Source of the DNA: the human T2T-CHM13v2.0 reference genome, Homo sapiens
NCBI RefSeq assembly: GCF_009914755.1
Contig: NC_060926.1
Direction: 5' to 3' (one strand)
Length of the DNA stretch: 64,000 nucleotides
A program made the translations under genes and the position numbers. How positions within the stretch are numbered: the stretch's first letter is position 1; each line of letters begins with the position of its first letter. The notes under the pieces were generated by a model. The model made no database searches. It was not told where the DNA came from and saw nothing but the letters and a program-made list of their open reading frames with translations. Positions 29,579 to 44,227 of this stretch are shown piece by piece.

Positions 29579-30090
29579 ATGTTCATCAATTGTTGATACC
29601 ACAAAGATATAGGAACACTAAAAGTGCTATTCGATGCGTGAGACGGGATAATAGGCACCGCCTTAAGCCTTCTAATTCGAGCAGACTTAGGCCAACTAGG
29701 AACTCTGCTAGGAGATAATCAGATCTACAATGTTATTGCTACCGCCCACGCATTCGTTATAATTTTCTTTAAGGTAATACCAATCATGATGGGGGGTTTC
29801 AGCAACTGTCTACTCCCTCTGATAATTCGTGCACCGATATGGCATTCCCCCGGATAAATAATATGAGCATCTGACTTCTCCCCCCATCTTTTCTACTCCT
29901 ACTTGTGTCCTCAATAGAAGCCGGCGCTGGAACCAGCTGAACAGTTTATCCCCCTTTAGCAGAAAACCTAGCACATGGAGGAGCCTCTGTGGACCTGATC
30001 ATCTTCTCGCTCCACTTAGCAGGTATTTCTTTTATTTTAGGGGCCATTAATTTTATTATCACAATTATTAACATAAAACCCCCCGCCATA
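29579..30090 (+). pseudogene. MT-CO1-like: NUMT COX1 5' third
   Basis: Ends in [32 protein letters not shown], then is truncated. Confidence 0.95.
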
Positions 30091-30179
30091 TTTTTATTCT
30101 TCTCTTTTTATTTCTTTTTTTTTTTATTCTTTTCCCTGTTCCTCCTGCTTATTACAGAAAAAAAAAAAAAAAAAAAGAC

Positions 30180-31815
30180 CCAGAAGGTACAGAAAAGGAA
30201 GGACACAGACTACGGACTTTGGCACCCATGATATGACCCAGTGATGAATTCCAAGTTTACTTTTGCCTCATATAGTTCAGAGTTGGTATCAGGAACTTGG
30301 AAATGCCCACGGGTGCAGAGAAGAAACAACAACAACAACAACAACAAAAGTTTGCTCTCTCTAGCCAAAGGACCTGAAAACTGTCAGCCTAGAAAGACAG
30401 AAAAAGTTTAGACCATAACTGCTCTACTCTAGCCAAATGTGAGAGGAAAAATAACAGACAAAAATAAACAAGCCAACTGTATCCACGCCCCCCACCCATG
30501 CCAACAAAGCTACCTGGAGAGTCTAGATTTCCACCTTTATCAGCTGTCCCCACTCCTCCCACCCAGGGTGGTGTCACAGAAGGCCATAGAGGGAGCTGGA
30601 ATTTTATGCCTGCCAGTTAATAACAAGGTCCCCTTTCCTGAATGTGTCAGTGGAGAACACAGAGAACCTGAACTTCCACCCCTACCTGACCATAATAAGA
30701 TGTCCCTCCACCATCCCCACTGGCTGATACCAGAGGAGGTCTAATTGAGTGGTAGAATTTTGCTACAGTCCAGCAGTAGCAAAGCTACTCCCTCCGCCCA
30801 TGGTGCCAGTGGAAATCAGGATGGGAAGAGTAATGACATATTCTGATTTCTCCCAGCCAGGGAGGTATCAGGGGAGGCCTAGCGTGGAGCTGAAACTCCT
30901 ACCCACACACAGTAGTAACAAGGAGCTCTCTTCCCTTCGATGCCGTGCATGTCACGTAAAGAATCAGGAGTTTTAATAGCATCTGGCAGTCATGAGGTGA
31001 AGACACCCCCCGTTTCTGCCAGAGTAGTATTGGAATAAGTCAGCTAAAAGAGATGGTTTATATATGATTCTTGGAGTCATAAAATAATGAAAATGATGCA
31101 AATTGACAGTCATATCAAAAAATAGGAAGATCTCAAACTGAATGGAAAAAGACAATTATTAGATGACAATACTAAGATTAGAGTTATCTGACATATTTTA
31201 AAACAGCCATTATTATAAAAATACTTCACTAAGAATTATAAACATGCTTGCTGATATGGTTTGGATACCTGTCCTCATCCAAATCTCTTGTACTGTAATC
31301 TCCAGTGCTGGAGATAGGGCCTGGTGGGAGGTGATTGGATCATGTGGGTGAATTTCTCATGAATAGTTTAGCACCATTTTCTTGGTACTGTCCCCATGAT
31401 GGTGAGTGAGTTCTTGTAAGGTTCTCGTGATAGTGAGTGAGTTCTTGTAAGATCTGGTCTTTTAAAGTATGTGGTAACTCCCCTCCCTCATTCCTGCATT
31501 TGCAACATGATCTGCCTGCTCCTCTTCAGCTTCCGGCATGATTGTACATTTCCAGAGGCTTTCCCAAAAGCTGAGTAGATGCCAGCATCATACTTCCTAT
31601 AAAGCTTGCAGAACCGTCAGCCAACGAAATCTCTTTTCTTTATAAATTACCCAGTCTCAGGTATTTCTTTATAACAATACAAGAATGGCTTAATACATTT
31701 GGAATAAATGACAAAAAGATAAATGAAATAAATAAAAAATATATAAAGTTTCACCAAGGTATAGAAGATACAAAGAAGAACCAAATGGAAATTTTGAAAC
31801 TGAAAAATACAATGA
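30180..31815 (+). mobile_element. Old L1M 5'UTR/ORF1 remnant, interrupted by MSTA
   Basis: ORF1-like gaagatacaaagaagaaccaaatggaaattttgaaactgaaaaatacaat, preceded by GC-richer 5'UTR-like sequence. Confidence 0.6.
31252..31697 (+). mobile_element. MST-family (MSTA-like) MaLR solo LTR
   Basis: tgatatggtttgga...ataaattacccagtctcaggtatttctttata...taataca. Confidence 0.9.
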
Positions 31816-31855
31816 CTAGGTTTTTGGCCAAGATGATTGATTAGAAACAGTAACA

Positions 31856-32266
<411 letters not shown>

Positions 32267-34864
32267 CTAGCATGGGGACTGATCAGGGAAACAGCTGGAC
32301 CCAGGGAGAATGAAGAAAAGCATGGCAGGGTCACAGCCCACCTGGGAGGACATGAAACCAACGGAGCCCCCACCCTCAGCCAAGAGAAGCAGTGAATGAA
32401 TGTGCGACCCTAAGAAACCAGGCTTCTTCCAGGGATCTTTGAAACCCTCTGATTTAGGAGATACCCTCATGGGCCCACTCCACGCTGGCCTTGGGTCTGA
32501 TACACAGAGCTGTGTGGAGTCTCAGCAGAGCACACACAGAGACCCAGGAGCTCTACATTCTCTGGCCTGGGGAATACCTGGCAAAAGTGACTGCAACTCA
32601 GGCAAGGCTGGTCTGTACACACCCCTAGAAAGGGAGCTGAGCAGTGTTGGTCTGAGGGCCCCACTTCCATGGCACCTCACGAGGTAAAACTGACTGGCTT
32701 GGAATTCCAGCCAGCTGCCGGTCACGGTGTGTGCCTACCTGAGATGGGATGGAACTTCTGGAGAGAGAGGCAGACTTGCCATCTTTGCTGTTCAGATGAC
32801 TCAGCCATTCCAGCGTGCAGGCTTCGGAGAGTCCAAATGGACTGGATGTGAAAGGGCATCCCCCAGCACACTACAGCTCCTTTATCAAAATATGACCAGA
32901 CAGCTTTAAGCGGGACGGGATCCTTTTTTCTCACTGAGCAGAGCCTCCCAGCCAGGGCCTCCAGCCACCTCCACTGGCGTTCTATGGACAGAGTTCTGAT
33001 TTCTCCTTGAGACAAACTGCCCGAGGGGAGGGGTGGGCCTCAACCTTTGCTAGTTGGGTTACTCAGCTGTTCCAGTCTGTGGGCTTTGGAGAGTCTAAGC
33101 GGACTGAGGCAGAAAGCAGTACCCGAGCACCTGGCCGCCACTTTGCTGAGGCGTGGCCAGACTGCTTCTTTATATGGGACACCTGGATCCATTCCTCTTC
33201 ACTGGGAGGGATTCAGCTGGGGCCTCCCGCCACCCCTGCTCATGTTCTACAGCTGACAGAGTTCTAATTTCTCCCTGGGACAGAGTGGCCTGGTGGTGGG
33301 GCGGGCTGCCACCTTTGCTGTTTGGGTGTCTCAGCCATTCCAGCCTGAGCAAGGCAGGGGCTGAAGGGATCACCCAACAAGCACAGCTGCTCTACCAAAA
33401 TCAGCCAGACTGCTTTTCTAAGTGGGGCCCTGATCCTGTTCTTCCTGTCTGGGTGAGAGCTCCCAACCGGGGTCTCCAGCCACCTTCTACAGGTGTGTTT
33501 GGGTGGCCACAGGTCTGTGCCTGCCTGGGACAGAGCTCCCAGAGAAAGGGACAATCTGCCATCTGTGCTGTTTTGCAGCCTTCACTGGTGATACTTCCAG
33601 GTACTGAAAAATGTCAGGTGACTAGGGTCTGGATTGGACCCTCAGCAAACCACCAGTAGCCCTACAGAAAAGTGCCATACTGTTAAAAGAAAAACAAACA
33701 AGCAAACAAAAAGAAATAAAACCCCATAAATTCCCCATCCAAACATCAGTCACCTCAAAGACTGAAGGTAGATAAGTCCACAAAGATGAGAAAAAGAGCA
33801 GAAACACTGAAAACTCACCCTCTTTCCACCAAATGACCACAACACCTCTCCAGCAAGGGATCAAAACCAAGCTGAGGCTGAGATGGCTGAAATGACAAAA
33901 TTAGGTTTCAGAATGTGGATAAAAATGAACTTTGCTTAGCTAAAGGAACACATTAGAACCCAACACAAGGAAGCTAAAAATCATGATAATGAGGGAGCTG
34001 ACAGCCAAAATAGCCAGTGTAGAGAAGAACATAACCAACCTGATGGAGCTGAGAGAAACACTACAAGAACCTCACAATGCAATCACAAGTATTAATAGCA
34101 GAATAGATCAAGCAGAGAAAAGAATCTCAGAACTTGAAGACTGTCTTTCTGAAATAAGACAGGCAGACAAGAATAGAGATTGAAAAAAGGAAATAACAGA
34201 ACTTCACAGAAATATAGGATTATGTAAGCAGACCAAATCTATGACTTATTGGTTGCCCGAAAGAAATGGGGAGAATACAACAAATTTGGAAAACATATTT
34301 CAGGATATCATATAGAACTTTTGCAACCTAGCTAGAGAGGCCAAGATTCAAATTCAAGAAATGCAGAGAACCCCAGTAAGATACTCCATGAGAAGATCAA
34401 CCCAAAGACACATAATAATCAGATTCTCCAAGGTCAAAATAAAAAAAAATATTAAAGGCAGCCAGAGAGAAAGGCCAGATCACCTACAAATGGCAGCCCA
34501 TCAGACTAACAGCCAACCTCTCAGTAGAAACTCTACAAGCCAGAAGAGATTGGGAGTCAATATACAACATTTTTAAAGAAAAGAAATTCCAAGCCAGAAT
34601 TTCATAAACGAAGCTTCATAAGTAAAGAAGAAATAAGATCTTTTTCAGACAAGCAAATGCTGAGGAATTCATTACCACTAGGCATGCCCTTACAACAGCT
34701 TCTGAAAGAAGCACTAAATATAGAAAGGAAAAACCATTACCAGCCACTACAAAAACACACTGAAGTACACAAACCAGTGACACTATGAAGCAACCATATA
34801 AACAAGCCTGCACAATAACCAGCTAGCATCATGATGACAGGATCAAATCCACACATAACAACAT

Positions 34865-37149
34865 TGTATTAGTCAATTTTTATGCTGCTGATAAAGACAT
34901 ACCCAAGACTGGGAAGAAAAAGAGGTTTAATTGGACTTACAGTTCCACATGACTGGGGAGGCCTCAGAATAATGGTAGGAGGCAAAAGGCACTTATTACG
35001 TGATGATGGCAAGAGAAAATGAGGAAGATGAAAAAGCAGAAATACCTAAAAAAACCATCAAATCTCATGAGACTTGTTCACTACCATGAGAACAGTATGG
35101 GGGAAACTGCCACCATGATTCAAATTATTTCCCACTGAGTCCCTCCCACAACACATGAGAATTATGGGAGTACAATCCAAGATGAGATTTTCATGGGGAC
35201 ACAGAGCCAAACCATATCATTCCACCCCTGGCCTCTCACAAATCTCATGTCCTCACATTTCAAAACCAATCATGCCTTCCCAACAGTACCCCAAAGTCTT
35301 AACTCATTTCAGCATTTACCCAAAAGTCCACAGTCCAAAGTCTTATCTGAATCAAGGCAAGTCCCTTCTGCCTATGAGCCTGTAAAATGAAAAGCAAGCT
35401 AGTTACTTCCTAGATACAATGGGCGTACAGGTATTATGTAAATACAACCTTTTCAAATGGGAGAAATTGGCCCAAATAAAGGGCTTACAGAGCCCATGCA
35501 AGTCCAAAATCCAGCAGGGCAGTCAAATTTTAAAGCTCCAAAATGATCTCCTTTGACTCCATGTCTCACATCCAAGTCACGCTGATGCAAGAACTAGGTT
35601 CCCATAGTCTTGGTCAGCTGTGTCCCTGTGGCTTTGCAGGGTATAGCACCCCTCGTGGCTGTTTTCACGGGCTGGTGTTGAGTGTCTGAGAATTTTCCAG
35701 GCACATGGTATAAGCTGTCAGTGGATCTACCGTTCTGGAGTCTGGAGGACTGTGGCCGTCTTCTCATAGCTCCAGTAGGCAGTGCCCCAGTAAGGACTGC
35801 GTGGGGACTCCAACCACACATTTCCCTTCCACGCTGCCCTAGCAGAAGTTCTCAATGAGAAGTTCCCCATGAGGGCCCCACCCCTGCAACAAACTTTTGT
35901 CTGAGCATCTAGGCATTTTCATACATCTTCTGAAATCTAGGTGCCTCAATTCTTGACTTCTGTGCACGAGCAGGCTCAACACCACATAGAAGCTGCCAAG
36001 GTTTGGGGTTTGCACACTCTGAAACCATAGACCAAGCTTTACCTTGGCCCCTTTTACAATGGCTGGAATGGCTGGGGAGCAGGGCATCAAGTCCCTAGGC
36101 TGCACACAGCATGGGGCCCCTGGGCCTGGCCCACAAAACCATTTTTTCCTCTTAGATTTCCAGGTCTGTGATGGGAGGGTCTGCCATGAAGACCCATGAT
36201 ATGCCCTGGAGACATTTTCTCCATTATCTTGGGGATTAACATTTGGCTCCTTGTTACTAATGCAAATTTCTGCAGCCAGCTTGAATTTCTCCTCAAAATA
36301 TGGGTTTTTCTTTTCTACTGCATTGTCAGGCTGCAAATTTTCCTAACGTTTATGCTTTGTTTCTCTTTTGAAAGTGAATACTTTTAACAGCACCCAAGTC
36401 ATCTCTTGAATACTTTTCTGCTTAGAGATTTCTTCTGCTAGATACCCTAAATCATCTCTCTCAAGTTCAAAGTTCCATAAATCTCTAGGGCAGGGGCAAA
36501 ATGCCGCCAGTCTCTCTGCTAAAACATAACAAGAGTCACCTTTGCTCCAGTTCCCAACAAGTTATTCATCTCTATCTGAGACCACTTCAGCCTGGATTTC
36601 GTTGTCCATCCCATTATCAGTATTTTTGACAAAGCCATTCAACAAGTCTCTAGGAAGTTCCAAACTTTCCCACATTTTCCTGTCTTCTGAGTCCTCCAAA
36701 CTGTTCCAACCTCCACGTGTTATCCAGTTCCAAAGTCGCTTCTACATTTTTGGGTATTTTTTCAGCAATGCTCCACTCTACTGATACCAGTTTATCGTAT
36801 TAGTCCATTTACGTGCTGTTGATAAAGACGTACCCAAGACTGGGAAGAAAAAGAGGTTTAATTGGATTTACATGTCCACATGACTGGGGAGGCCTCAGAA
36901 TTATGGTGGGAGGCAAAAAGCACTTATTACATGGATGCAGCAAGAGAAAATGAGGAAGCTGCAAAAACAGAACCCCCAATAAAACCATTGGCTCTTGTGA
37001 GACTTGTTCACTACCATGAGAACAGTATGGGGGAAACTGCACTCATGATTCAAATTATTTCTCACTGGGTCCCTCCCACAACACATGGAAATTATGAGAG
37101 TACAATTCAAGATGAGATTTGTGTGGGGACATAGAGCCAAACCATATCA
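34865..37149 (-). mobile_element. Complete THE1 (THE1C-like) MaLR element: LTR-internal-LTR
   Basis: LTRs at 34865-35219 and 36796-37149, ~1.58-kb internal region, degenerate 5-bp TSD aacat/gacac. Confidence 0.93.
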
Positions 37150-40100
37150 GACACTAATCTTAAATGTAAATGGGCTAAATGCCTCCATTAAAAGACACAG
37201 AATGGCAAGCTGGAAAAAAAAATGAAGAACCGTTGGTATGCTGTCTGCAAGAGACCCATCTCACATGCAAAGACATACATAGGAAAGACAAACATAGACA
37301 CACATAGGATGAAAATTTTTCAAGAAAATGGAAAACAGAAAAAAGCAGAGGTTGCAACCCTAGTTTCTGAGAAAACAGACTTTAAACCAACAAAGATTTT
37401 TAAAAAAACAAGAGCATTACATAATGCCAAAGGGTTCAATTCAACAAGAAGAGCTAACTATGCTAAATATGTATTCACCCAATACAGGAGGACCTAGAAT
37501 CATAAAGCAAGTTTTTAGAGACCTTTAAAGAAACTTTACTTCCACACAAGAATAGTGGGAGACTTCAACACCCCACTGTCAATATTAGATTATCGAGGGA
37601 GAAAATTAACAAAGATATTCAGGACCTGAACTCAGCTGTGAATCAAATGGACCTGACAAATATCTACAGAACTCTCCACCCAAAAACAACAGAATTCTTC
37701 ACATTGCCACATGGCGCATACTCTGAAATTGATCACATAAAATCAAAGCAAATGCAAAATAAATGAAATAATGACAGTCTCTTGGACCACAGCACAATGA
37801 AATTATAACTCAAGACTAACAAATTCACTCAACATACAACAACATGGAAGTTGAACAACGTGCTTCTGAATGACTTTGTGGTAAATAATGAAATTTAGGC
37901 ATAAATCAAGGAGTTCTTTGAAACTAATAAGAACAAAAGTACAAGTGCCAGAGTCTCTGGGACATAGCTAAGGCAGTGTTAAGAGGGAAATTTACATCAC
38001 TAAATGCCCACATCAAGCATTTAGAAAGATCTCAAGTTATCAACCTAACATCCCAACTAATAGAAGTAGAGAACCAAGAGCAAACAAACCCAAAACTAGC
38101 AGAAGATAAGAAATACCCCAAATCAGAGCTGAACTGAAGGAGTTAGAGACATGAAAAACCCTCCAAAGGATTGACAAATCTAGGAGCTGTTTTTTGAAAA
38201 ACATAATCAAATAGATAGATCACTAGCTAGACACAAAAAGGGAAAAAGAGAGAAGATTCAAATAAACACAATCAGAAATGATGAGAAGAATATTACCACT
38301 GATACCATACAAATGTAAATAACCCTTAGAGAATATTATAAACACCTCCGTGAACATAAAGTAGAAACTCTAGAAGCAATGAGTAAATTCCTGAACACAT
38401 ACACCCTCCCAAGACTGAACCAGGAAGAACTGGAATTGCTGAGTGGACCAGTAACAAGTTCTGAAGCTGAGGCAGAAATAAATAGCGTACCAACCAAAAA
38501 AAGCTGAAGACCAGACAGATTCATAGCTGAATTCTACCAGATGTACAAAGAAGAGCTGCTACCATTCCTACTGAAACTTTTTCAAAGAATTGAAAAAGAG
38601 GGATTCATTTCTAACCCATTCAATGAGGCCAACATGATCCTGATAACAAAACAAACCTAGCAGAGATAAAACTAAAACAGAAAACTTCAGGCCAATATCC
38701 TTGATGAACATCAATGCAGAAATCCTCAACAAAATACTGGCAAACTGAATCCAGCAGCACATCAAAAAGCTTATCCATCATGATCAAGTAGGCTTCATCC
38801 CTGGGATGCAAGGTTGGTTCAACATACTCAAATCATTAAAAGTGATTTATCACATAAACAGAGCTAAAGACAAAATCCACATGATTATCTCAGTAGATGC
38901 AGAAAAGACTTTCAATAAAATTTAATACTGCTTCTAGTTAAAAAGTCTCAAGAAACTAGGTATTGAAGAAACATATCTCAAAATAATAAAAGCCATCTAT
39001 GACAAAACCACAGCCAATATCATACTAAATGGGCAAAAACTGGAAGCATTCCCCTTGAAAACCAGCACAAGACAAGGATGCCCATTCTCATCACTCATAT
39101 TCAGCATAATATTGGCTGTTCTTGCCTGGGTAATCAGGCAAGAGAAAAAAAATTAAGATATTCAAATAGAAAGACAGCAAGTCAAATTATCTTTGTTTGC
39201 AGTTTCTGCATTTAGAAAACCCCATTGTCTCAGCCCAAAAGCTTCTTCAGCTGATAAGCAGCTTCAGCAAAGACTCAGGATACAAAATCAATGGGCAAAA
39301 GAAACTAGAATTCCTATACACCAACAACAGGCAAGCAGAGAGCCTTGCACAATCCTATTTACGATTGTCACAAAAAGAATAAAATTCCTAGGAATACAGC
39401 TAACAAGGGAAGTAAAGAATCTCTACAAGAAGAACTACAAACCACTGCTCAGAGCAATCAGAGATGACACAAATGGAAAAACATTCCATGCTCATAGATG
39501 GTAAGAATCAATATTGCAAAAGTGGCCATACTTCCCAAAGCAATTCATAGATTTAATGCTACTCCCATTAAACTACCATTGACACTCTTCACAGAACTAG
39601 AAAAAAAAATCTTAAAATTCATACGGAACCAAAAAAGAGTAAGAATAGCCAAGACAAACCTAAACAAAAAGGAAGCATCACACTACCTGCCTTCAAACTA
39701 TACTAAAAGACTACAGTAGCCAAAACACCGTGGTACTGGTAAAAGAACAGACACAGACCAATTGAACAGAATAGAGAACCCAGAAATAAGACTGTACACC
39801 TACAACCATCTGATCTATGAAAAACCTGGCAAAAACAAGCAATGGGGAAAGGATTCCCTATTTAATAAATGATGCTGAGAGAACTGGCTAGCAATATGCA
39901 GAAAATTGAAAATGGACCCCTTACTTACACCACATACAAAAAAGAACTCAAGATGGATTAAATATTTAAATGTAAAACCCAAAACTATAAAAAAACCCTG
40001 GATACAACCTAGGCAATAAGTTTCAGGACACAGGCACAGACAAACATTTTTTGATGAAGACCCCAAAAGTAATTGCAACAAGCAAAAATTAACAAGTGGG

Positions 40101-40163
40101 ACCTAATTAAACTGAGGAGCTTCTGCACAGCAAAAGAAATTACCAGAGTAAACAGACAGCCTA

Positions 40164-40701
<538 letters not shown>

Positions 40702-40934
40702 TCACACCAGTCAGAACAGCTATTATTAAAAAGTCAAAAAAAAATAGATGCTTGTAAAGTGGTGAAGAAAATGGAAGACTTTTACACTGTTGGTGGGAGT
40801 GTAAATTAGTTCAGCCATTACAGAAGACAGTGTGGCTGTTCCTGAAAACCTAGAGACAGAAATACCATTTGACACAGCAATACCATTACATTATTTACCC
40901 AGAGGAAAATAAATTATTCTGTTATAAAGGCATG

Positions 40935-41231
40935 GGCTGGGCATAGTAGCTCATGCCTGTAATCTCAGCACTTTGAGAGGCCAAGGTGGGTGGATCACTT
41001 GAGGTCAGCAGTTTGAGACCAACCTGGCCAACATGGTAAAACCCCCTCTCTACTAAAAATACAAAAATTAGCCAGACGTGGTGGCAGGTGCCTTTAATCT
41101 CAGGTACTCAAGAGTCTCAGAAGGGAGAATCTCTTCAACCCAGGAGGTGGAGGTTGCCGTGAGCTGAGATTGTGCCACTGCATCCCAGCTTAGGTAGCAG
41201 AATGAGACTCTGTCTCAAAAAAAAAAAAAAA
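40935..41231 (+). mobile_element. AluS
   Basis: Full dimer with poly(A). Confidence 0.95.
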
Positions 41232-41298
41232 TGTACATGTACACGACAAGTTCACTGCAGCACTATTCACAATAACAAAGGTATGGAATCAACCCAAA

Positions 41299-41520
41299 TG
41301 CTTGTTTTTGTCAGATTTTTCATAGACCAAATGGTTGTAGATGTGCAGTCTTATATCTGGGTGTTCTATTCTGTTCCATTGGTCCATGTGTCTGTTCTTA
41401 TACCAGTACCATGCTGTTTTGGTTACTACTGTAGCCTTATAGTATAGTTTGAAGGCGGGTAGTGTGGTGCCTCCTTTTTGCTTATGATTGCCTTGGCTAT
41501 TCTGGCTTCTTTTCTTTGGC
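41299..41520 (-). mobile_element. Inverted L1 ORF2 segment embedded in the host L1
   Basis: The minus strand encodes [29 protein letters not shown] and is homologous to ~39625-39841. Confidence 0.9.
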
Positions 41521-41949
41521 ACTGCATCATCCAATGATAGGCTGCTTAAAGAGAATGTAGTACATATACGGCATGCAATACTATGTAATCATAAAAAGCA
41601 ATGAGATTATGTTCTTTGCAGGGACATGGATGGAGCTGGAGGCCATCATTTTCAGCAAACTAATGCAGAACAGAAAACCAAATACCACATGTTCTCACTT
41701 ATAAGTCGGAGCTAAATGATGACAACACATACAAACATACAGAGGAACAATGCACACTGGGGCCTACCAGAGGGCAGACAGTGGAGGAAGGAGAGCTTCA
41801 GAAAAAATCACTAATGGATACTAAGCTTAATAACTGAGTAACAAAAAAATCTGCACAACAAGTGCCCATGACACACATTTACCTATGTAACAAACCTACC
41901 CATCCTGCACAAGTACTCCTGAACTTAAAAGTTAAAAGAAAGACACATT

Positions 41950-43860
41950 CAATCTATAAGTAAACTCTTAGAACTAAGTGAGTTGAGCAAGAACACATGA
42001 TAAAAGATAAACATTTAAAAAGGTTTTATTTCTATATACTAAAAATGAACCAGAAATATTAAAAATGCAATTTAGAATCATTCAAAAAACAGGAAATACT
42101 TAGATGTAAATCCATTAATAAATATACAGAATGCTGAAAGCTACAAAACACAGATGAAATAAGTCAAAGAAGACACTGATTTATTGAAAGTTTATTGCAT
42201 TTGAAGACTAAGATGCTATTTACCCCATTTGATACATAGGTTTGACATGACTTCTGTCAAAATCCCAGCAAAAAATTTTTGCTAATGTAAAATTTAAACA
42301 GAAAGGCAAAGGAACTAAAATAGCAATAACAATTTTGTATGAGAAAAATGAAGTGGGAAAAAAGTGTATCTGATTTTAAAACTTATTGTATAACTATAGT
42401 AATCAAAGCTGTATGGTATTGACAAAGGGGTAGACACATAGATTAATCTAAGAATAAATAATTGAGAAATAGACCCATCCGTATATACCCAACTGATTTT
42501 TGACAAAAGTTTAAAATTAATACAAGGAAGCAAAGATAGACTTTTCAACAAATGGTTCTGGGGCCACTGAACATTTGTAGGCAAAAAATAAGCTTCTACC
42601 TAAGCTTCATTCCTTTTACAAATATTAACTCAAAATGGATCACACTTAAGTATAACCATACAAATCTATAAAACTTTTAGTGAAAAAGCACAGAGGAAAA
42701 TCTTTAGAATCTCAGGGTAGGTAAAAAGTTCTTAGACTTGTCACCAAAAGCATAATTCATAAACAGAAGAATTGATTAATTTGAATTCATCATAAAACAA
42801 AATAAAACAAAACAGAAAGCATTTGTTCAACAAAATACCCAGTTAAAAGGATGAAAAGACAAGTTATATACCGGGAGAAAATATTTGTAAATCACACACC
42901 TAACAAAGCACTAGTACTTAGAATACATAAAGAACTGTGAAAACTCAACTGCAAAAGCAAAATAGCAATTCAATTAGAAAATTGACAGAAGATGTTTAGT
43001 AGCATTTCGTTGAAGAGAATATATACATAACAAATAAGCATATGGAATAGATTCAAAGCCATTTGCCATTAGGGAAACACAAAATAAATACCCAATGAGA
43101 TATCACCACACACTTGTCAAATTGCCTAAGTTTAAAAAGATGTGACAGCACAAAATACTGTTCAGGATGCAAACTCTATCATGTACACGTACTTTTGGGA
43201 ATGTACAGCACCTCTAGTAAACAGGCAACCTCTTAAAAAACTTAAGAGGCAACTACCACATAACCCAGCAATTGCACTCCAGAACACTTATCCCAGAGAA
43301 GTGAAGACTTAGGTGCATATAAAAACTCATACAGAAATGTTCACAGCAGCTGTATTCATTATACATGATTCCCCCAAACTAGAAACAACCCAGAGGTCTT
43401 TCAACAGAAGAAGGATTAAACTGACATATTTGTATGATGGAATAGAACTCAGCAATAAAAAGGAGTGAACTGTTAATACATTAAACAATCTGGGTGAATC
43501 TGAAGGGCATTATTGTGAGTGAAAAAAAGTCAATTTCAAAAGATTATATGCTATATTATTCCATTTGCACAAATTTTGAAATGAGAAAATTATAGAAATG
43601 CAAAACAGATTAGTGTTTCCCAAGGGTGATGTAGAGAGCGTTGGGAGGAGGGAAGTGGAAGTGGTTTTAAAAGGCAACATAACAGATCTTTCTGCTGATA
43701 GAAATGTTTTGTATCTGTCAACATCTTGATTGTGATATTGTACTTTAGTTCTTTCAAGATATTACCCTGGGAGAAACTGATAAAGAGTATATGTGATTTC
43801 TGTCTACTGTTTATTAAACTTACATGTAAATCTATAATTATCTCAAAATAGAAAGTTTAG
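41950..43860 (+). mobile_element. Old L1M (L1MD-like) ORF2 3' part and 3'UTR
   Basis: tcaacaaatggttctgggg; acataacccagcaattgcactcc; ends ctataattatctcaaaatagaaagtt. Confidence 0.8.
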
Positions 43861-44227
43861 TTACAAGAAAAAGTAATGGTGAACAAATAAACTTTAGTGA
43901 GAAAAAGTGCCCTGTGGTTCTGAATCATCACAAGAGAAATTTTCATAACTTAAATTTAAGTTAAGAAGAATCTATAGGTTTCTAACTCAGATCTTGTAAT
44001 TTTAGCTGATTGAGAAGGTATGAAAATAAGTATAGAAAAGTAACTCAAGATATGAGTAAAAGCAAGAATAAGAAAAAATTAAAAAGATAAAACCATGAAA
44101 AAATTACACATCAAATATCTTAATCATGTAAATGTTTTATACAATTTTAGCAAAAAAATGTAATAACTATGTATTTTCTATATTTTTGAGAAAAAATATT
44201 TGGTTTGTGATTATAATGGAATACATT

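Larger units (their letters stand above)
22993..30090 (+). pseudogene. Large old NUMT, control region to mid-COX1
   Basis: Colinear mtDNA gene order (D-loop, F, 12S, V, 16S, L, ND1, I, Q, M, ND2, W, A, N, OL, C, Y, COX1) with indels, stops and CpG decay. The left boundary is approximate. Confidence 0.97.

Noticed and set aside
34949-34961. PRDM9 hotspot motif in the THE1 LTRs
   Set aside because: The minus strand reads CCTCCCCAGTCAT in both LTRs, which does not match CCNCCNTNNCCNC.
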